Shown here: positions 59,326 through 64,000 of the stretch, in pieces
Layout: each line of letters starts with the position of its first letter
How positions within the stretch are numbered: the stretch's first letter is position 1
NCBI GenBank assembly: GCA_030614915.1
Contig: JAUXAG010000004.1
Location: 77,065 to 141,064 of the forward strand
Source of the DNA: Actinomycetes bacterium
GTDB lineage: Bacteria; Planctomycetota; Phycisphaerae; JAACET01
Length of the DNA: 64,000 nt
Direction of reading: 5' to 3'
Notes under the pieces: generated by a model
Told to the model about the DNA's origin: nothing
Database searches by the model: none
Seen by the model: the letters and a program-made list of their open reading frames with translations, nothing else
Translations under genes and position numbers: made by a program

Positions 59326-60186
59326 CTACAAAAACGAATTGGCGGCCCGGAGAAAAAAGGGCTCCTGGGGCTGAGCCGATCGCAAGGGCGGCTGGGAGTC
59401 CAGCAGGCGTCTGGCTAAACGGTGTACCTGCCGAGCAGCACGGCAGCGTGGAAAACTCCACATGAAAGGACGACGGGCAGTTACAGCTAAGGGCACATGC
59501 CGGTCGTAGAGAAGAAAGCCGGCTAAAGGCAGCTCGAAATGAAGGAACCTGCGAGCGGCGCCGGCAATTCGGGCGTGAACGCTGCGGACTTGGGAGACAT
59601 TTTTGGCCATGTTGACCACCAAAAGAATGCTGGTGAGCTGACGTTCGGTCAGCAAGACCTTGATAACGGCATAAGCGTCGGTGATGGCTGGGGGCTCGGG
59701 GGTGGTGAGCACCAGGACATCATCAGCGACAGCGGCAAACGACAAGACATTGCTGGATAAACCGGCGCTGGCATCGACGATGAGAAAATCAGCAGATCTC
59801 TCCAGAGAATCCAAGAAACTGATGAGCCGAGCCCGGTGGAAATCAGACAGCTCGGCCAGGGCTGTAAGTCCTGAGGCGCCGGGGACTAAACGAAGTCGTG
59901 GCGCAATGTCAGTAGTTATTTCGGCAGGATTGTGGGAGCTCTTTAGTAAAGTCGAAAGATTTGGTCCGGGCGGCAGGTCGAAGAGGATGTCGAGATTAGC
60001 CAGGGCCAGGTCGGCATCGACGAGGACGATGCGTCGTCCAGCGGAGGCCAAGCTAAGGGCGAGATTTGCGGCGAGATTGCTTTTGCCGACGCCTCCTTTG
60101 CCGGAAACCAGACAGACGACGCGAGCCTGGGCCACGGTGGCCTTAGCCAGCCGACGAAGGTGATGGGCCTGGTCAAAACTAATCAC
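59326..60186 (-). CDS. flhG: MinD-like ATPase FlhG/FleN
   Basis: SGKGGVGKS, DADLALAN, TTPEP.AITDAYA; between flhF and fliA. Confidence 0.9.
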   Translation of the reverse strand: MISFDQAHHLRRLAKATVAQARVVCLVSGKGGVGKSNLAANLALSLASAGRRIVLVDADLALANLDILFDLPPGPNLSTLLKSSHNPAEITTDIAPRLRLVPGASGLTALAELSDFHRARLISFLDSLERSADFLIVDASAGLSSNVLSFAAVADDVLVLTTPEPPAITDAYAVIKVLLTERQLTSILLVVNMAKNVSQVRSVHARIAGAARRFLHFELPLAGFLLYDRHVPLAVTARRPFMWSFPRCRAARQVHRLARRLLDSQPPLRSAQPQEPFFLRAANSFL

Positions 60187-61378
60187 GGTGCTCCTCGAGA
60201 ATACGAGCGGCTAAATCGCGGGAAGAAGCTACTTCGATATCGTCGGGGACGTCCTGGCCGGCGGTAATGTAGGAAAGAGGGATGGCCGAAGCATTCATGC
60301 GGCCGGAAGCCAAGCTGGCAAAGACGTTGAGAACCGGAGAAAGAGAGATGACCTCGTCGAGCTTGGTGAGCAATAACTGGTCGATGCCAAGAAGGCTGAA
60401 CTTTTCGATGGCGGAAATCATCTGGGGATAAGCGGTGGTGGCGGCGAGGACGAGCTGGGTCTGATGGGAACCAAGGACCTGCTGAAAGGAGCGGAGCTCG
60501 GCGAGGCGAAGGTGGTCGTTGGGACTGCGGCCGGTAGTGTCGATGAAAATGAGTGAATGGTCGCTCAGGTGAGCGAGCTGGCGGGAAAGCTCCTGAGGAG
60601 TAAGCACGGCAGAAAAAGGCACGTCAATAATGTCAGCGTAAGTGCGCAACTGATCAACGGCAGCGATACGGTAGGTATCAATGGTCAAGAGGGCTACGGA
60701 GGTGTTTCGCTGGAGCTTGTACTGGGCGGCGAGCTTGGCGATGGTGGTGGTTTTGCCGACACCGGTGGGTCCTACGAAACTTACAATTCGGGGTTTTCCG
60801 GGCAGTCCGGGCTGGAGCGGACCAGAGGTGGGAATCAACTTTTCAATGCGGTTAAGGAGAGGATCAGCGTCAGGCTCCGAGCTGAGGTCCAAGCGGCTGG
60901 GCAGGTCGCGGAGAAGTTCGTTGGCTAAAGACTCAGCAATGTGCCTGGCCAGGAAGGACTCTAACAAGGTGCTGATCCCGCTTGGCAGAGGAGTTGAGGC
61001 AGGACTTTGGGCAGGGCGGGCAGAAGGAGTGAGTTTGAGGCGGTCATCGCTTAAAGAAGCGATTTTGCCGGGCGTCTGGTCCTGCTGGAGCCAACCGGGG
61101 ACGTCCGTGGAAGGTAAGCGGACACGGCCGGCGGTTGTGGGTTGGGGCGAATGAGGCTGCTGAGAAGGTGCAGGGGGCGTGGCAGCGTGAAACTCGGCCG
61201 GGCAGGTGAGGGAATCCTCGGCGGCGGTAATCTCGACGAGTTGGCGTCGGGAGCGGCTGAGCAGGCCGCCCTTGCGCAAGGTGCGGGTGTTGAGAATAAG
61301 GGCGTTAGGACCCAGGTGGGCTTTGACCTGGGCAACGGCGGCAGCCATGCTGTGGGCCTGAAATATGTGAGTCTTCAT
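60179..61378 (-). CDS. flhF: Flagellar SRP-family GTPase FlhF
   Basis: GPTGVGKTT, DTYRIAA, DTTGRS, TKLDE, GQDVPDD. Confidence 0.93.
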   Translation of the reverse strand: MKTHIFQAHSMAAAVAQVKAHLGPNALILNTRTLRKGGLLSRSRRQLVEITAAEDSLTCPAEFHAATPPAPSQQPHSPQPTTAGRVRLPSTDVPGWLQQDQTPGKIASLSDDRLKLTPSARPAQSPASTPLPSGISTLLESFLARHIAESLANELLRDLPSRLDLSSEPDADPLLNRIEKLIPTSGPLQPGLPGKPRIVSFVGPTGVGKTTTIAKLAAQYKLQRNTSVALLTIDTYRIAAVDQLRTYADIIDVPFSAVLTPQELSRQLAHLSDHSLIFIDTTGRSPNDHLRLAELRSFQQVLGSHQTQLVLAATTAYPQMISAIEKFSLLGIDQLLLTKLDEVISLSPVLNVFASLASGRMNASAIPLSYITAGQDVPDDIEVASSRDLAARILEEHRD

Positions 61379-63681
61379 GAGAACAACTCCAGGGTCTGCT
61401 GGGCAAGCAGAGCGGGTCGGTCGATCGGGTTCTGGGGCAAAGAGAAACTGGCCAAGGTATGAATCGGGACACTTTCGAGGATTTCCGAACGTGCCAAGAC
61501 GGGCAAGGCCGGGGCTCGTCCAGCCAAGACACGAGCTAGGGCAGGGCGAATCTCTGAGGCAACCAGAAACACTAACGGTTCGGGCAGGACTGGAAGGGCG
61601 TGGAGATAATCAACGATGCTATCAACGAGCTTTGATAAGCAGGCAGTAAGAGACTGTTGGTCAGGTGGGCCGGCAAAGCCGTTAATCCGGGGGCGATGGA
61701 GCAGTTCGTTGAGGGTCCGCTCGGCAGAAGGCTCGAAGCAGAGGCAATGGAGGCGGCCATCAGAGGCGGTGAACTGGCGGGTAATGATGGGGGCCAAGCT
61801 GCAGCGGACGCGGCTGGTCATCTCGGCGGGGTCGCAGGAGACGGCAAGGGCATCGCTAAGGGCCTCGAGGATAGACTCCAAATCACAAATGGGTATGCCT
61901 TGGACCAAGAGCTCCTGGAGGACCTTGTGAATCTGGGCGACGGAAAGCTTGGAGTTGTCGTTTGAGCGATCCGGGCCAAGAGGCTGGTGCCTGGGGTCGT
62001 AGCCGATGAGTTCGGCGACCAAGAGAGGAGCCCGCTGGGCAAGGTCTGCAAGAAGGGCGTGGACGTCCTGACGGGAGAGCAACTGGTCGGCGTGAGTATA
62101 AATAATGTGACGAAGATAACGGGGCAAGACCCAGTCGGAAGAAATGACTGTATATCGGAGTTGTCGAGCAGAGGCTTGGGCACAATGGGGAATCCAAAAG
62201 GCCGGGCGCTGGGTGAGCGGATCGGTCAGAGCCAAGCCGTCAAGGCGCTCGGTAGGAAAACCGGGAGCAACGGCGAGGAGCTTGCCGGGATGGATGCGTC
62301 CGCGGAGAACCTCTAAGCCGCGGACCTTGATGATGTAGTCGCGGGCGGGTATGCGGACATTATCGTGAGCAAAAACACCGGGGACGAGAAATCCCAGATG
62401 GACGGCAAGGTCGCGACGAATAGCCTCGATGCGGGTTAACAAGTTTCCGGGTGCAGAAGTATCGAGCAGGGGCAAGAGAGAAAACCCGAGCTCGATTTCC
62501 AAGGGCTCAAAGCGAAGATAAGCTGAAGGAGCCGATTGGGTCTGGCCGGCGGAAGGGCCGCTAAGCTCCTGGCAAGTCGGCGGAGGTATAAGCATTGGGG
62601 GCTGGCTGGCGTGGTCGGGCAGAGCGGGGGAGTAGGCGGTGGCGGGCTGGGGTTGGCCGGGCTGCTCGGAGCCGGATTTTCGCAGGGTCCAGGTGATGAC
62701 GAGGAGACATCCGCCCAGGATGAACAGGGGGAGCTTGGGCAGGCCGGTGACCAACAAGAGGGCGAGGAAGATGGTGGCGATGACGAGTGCGCCTGGCCGG
62801 CCGAAAAGCTGATCGACCATTTCACGGCCGAGGTCGCTGCGTCCGGTTGAACGGGTGATAATCAGTCCGGCGGAAATGGCAATGATGAAAGCGGGCAGCT
62901 GAGAAACCAGACCGTCGCCAATAGTCAAAGTGGTAAAGACGGCCAAGGTGTCCGAGAGGCTCCAGCCGTGCTGGAGCAGGCCGACACACAAACCGCCAAT
63001 GATGTTGACCAAGGTGATGATGACCGCAGCGATGGCATCGCCACGGACAAACTTAGAGGCCCCGTCCATGGCCCCGTAAAAGTTTGACTCGCGAGCAATG
63101 GTCTGGCGGCGGTCGGAGGCCTGGGTTTCATTGATCAGGCCGGCGTTGAGGTCGGCGTCAACGGCCATCTGCTTGCCGGGCATGGAGTCGAGGGTGAAAC
63201 GAGCGGCGACCTCAGAAATACGAGTGGCGCCCTTGGTAATGACTACAAACTGGATAACAACCAGAATGGTAAAGATCACAAAGCCAACGGCCAAGGAACC
63301 GGAAGTGACGAAATGGCCGAAAGACCTGATAACCTGTCCGGCAGCGGTAGTAGCAGCGATGGGAGGGGCACCATCAGAGCCGGCGGTGAGGATCAGGCGA
63401 GTAGTGGCTACGTTGAGCACGAGGCGAACCAGGGTCGTGCCCAAGAGCAGCGAAGGGAAGACGGAGAACTCGAGGGGGTCGGAAACCTGAATGCTGGTGA
63501 AGAGAATGATGGCTGCCAGGGTGAGGTTGGCCACCAGGAGGATGTCAATCATCCAGGGGGGCAAAGGAAAAAGAACGACGAGGATTAGCCCGGCACATGC
63601 CAGGGGAAATATCAGGCCGCGCTTGCGGTGCAAGAGACTGATCAACGGGTTGGCAGGTGATGTTGTAGGTAGATCAGGCAT
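61375..63681 (-). CDS. flhA: Flagellar export gate protein FlhA
   Basis: FSVFPSLLL, RISEVAARFTLDSMPGKQM, FYGAMDGASKFVRGDA, TIGDGLV. Confidence 0.93.
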   Translation of the reverse strand: MPDLPTTSPANPLISLLHRKRGLIFPLACAGLILVVLFPLPPWMIDILLVANLTLAAIILFTSIQVSDPLEFSVFPSLLLGTTLVRLVLNVATTRLILTAGSDGAPPIAATTAAGQVIRSFGHFVTSGSLAVGFVIFTILVVIQFVVITKGATRISEVAARFTLDSMPGKQMAVDADLNAGLINETQASDRRQTIARESNFYGAMDGASKFVRGDAIAAVIITLVNIIGGLCVGLLQHGWSLSDTLAVFTTLTIGDGLVSQLPAFIIAISAGLIITRSTGRSDLGREMVDQLFGRPGALVIATIFLALLLVTGLPKLPLFILGGCLLVITWTLRKSGSEQPGQPQPATAYSPALPDHASQPPMLIPPPTCQELSGPSAGQTQSAPSAYLRFEPLEIELGFSLLPLLDTSAPGNLLTRIEAIRRDLAVHLGFLVPGVFAHDNVRIPARDYIIKVRGLEVLRGRIHPGKLLAVAPGFPTERLDGLALTDPLTQRPAFWIPHCAQASARQLRYTVISSDWVLPRYLRHIIYTHADQLLSRQDVHALLADLAQRAPLLVAELIGYDPRHQPLGPDRSNDNSKLSVAQIHKVLQELLVQGIPICDLESILEALSDALAVSCDPAEMTSRVRCSLAPIITRQFTASDGRLHCLCFEPSAERTLNELLHRPRINGFAGPPDQQSLTACLSKLVDSIVDYLHALPVLPEPLVFLVASEIRPALARVLAGRAPALPVLARSEILESVPIHTLASFSLPQNPIDRPALLAQQTLELFS

Positions 63682-63713
63682 AAAATAAGTCCAAACTCCA
63701 TTTCACCGGTAAA

Positions 63714-63764
63714 ACCCCCGGCAAAGCCGGGGGCTAAATAGCCCCCCGGACGCAGCCGGGGGGC
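63714..63764 (+). repeat. Two palindromic modules at flhB/flhA junction
   Basis: CCCCCGGCAAAGCCGGGGGCTAAA and GCCCCCCGG-ACGCAG-CCGGGGGGC. Confidence 0.7.
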
Positions 63765-64000
63765 GTTTTTATAAGCTCCTGTTGCAGCAACTCCGCGAGC
63801 TCAGGATACAAACGCAAAGGAACGTAATGATTGACGGGTACGGCTCTGGCCAGGGCGCGGGTCAACTGGGGGTAATTGAAGATGCCAAGGCGGCGCTGGG
63901 CAGCAAGGATGTGAATGCGCCGGGCTAAAGCTCCGCTGCCCTTGATGAGGAGTCTGACGGGGCCGGCGGTTCCGGTGCGGTGCTGCAAGGCGATGGCCAA
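63734..64000 (-). CDS. flhB: FlhB/EscU-family export switch protein, C-terminal part (divergent)
   Basis: AIAL...KG.G.LARRI...L.RAL...VP..LY..LAELL matches the FlhB cytoplasmic domain; directly upstream of flhA. Confidence 0.75.
   Translation of the reverse strand: MAIALQHRTGTAGPVRLLIKGSGALARRIHILAAQRRLGIFNYPQLTRALARAVPVNHYVPLRLYPELAELLQQELIKTPPGCVRGAI

Overview
Bacterial chromosomal segment, most likely from a planctomycete (Phycisphaerae-like, inferred from r-protein/EF-Tu signatures, a prepilin-type DUF1559-like protein and an ECF/LolA-like pair). Positions 1-22.8 kb hold one minus-strand translation/transcription super-cluster: tRNA-Thr, tuf, rpmG, tRNA-Trp, secE, nusG, rplKAJL, rpoBC, rpsLG, fusA and the S10 operon through a partial rplN. 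After it come a three-gene formate dehydrogenase whose NuoF/HydB subunit is fused to a GltD/NfnB module, a prepilin-type gene, a GNAT, an orphan RfaH-like NusG paralogue, a metallophosphoesterase/PAP2/ArnT-like set, pyrBC, tRNA-Ala, an ECF sigma pair, apbE, a STAS protein, a full mreBCD-mrdA-rodA operon, GH57/GT4 alpha-glucan genes and flhB(partial)-flhA-flhF-flhG-fliA. I saw no transposase, integrase or CRISPR array. The most unusual signals are non-coding. (i) Intergenic mosaics are built from 15-45 bp modules that appear nested inside one another, including a 17-bp unit with a covarying mini-hairpin. (ii) A candidate ~130-nt sRNA has its own promoter and terminator next to the RfaH-like gene. 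(iii) Two MITE-like elements have TIRs and CTAR duplications. (iv) Two divergent genes have overlapping ATGs. (v) Strong G/C strand skew places the r-protein operons on the C-rich strand. All calls come from reading the sequence by eye; no searches were run.
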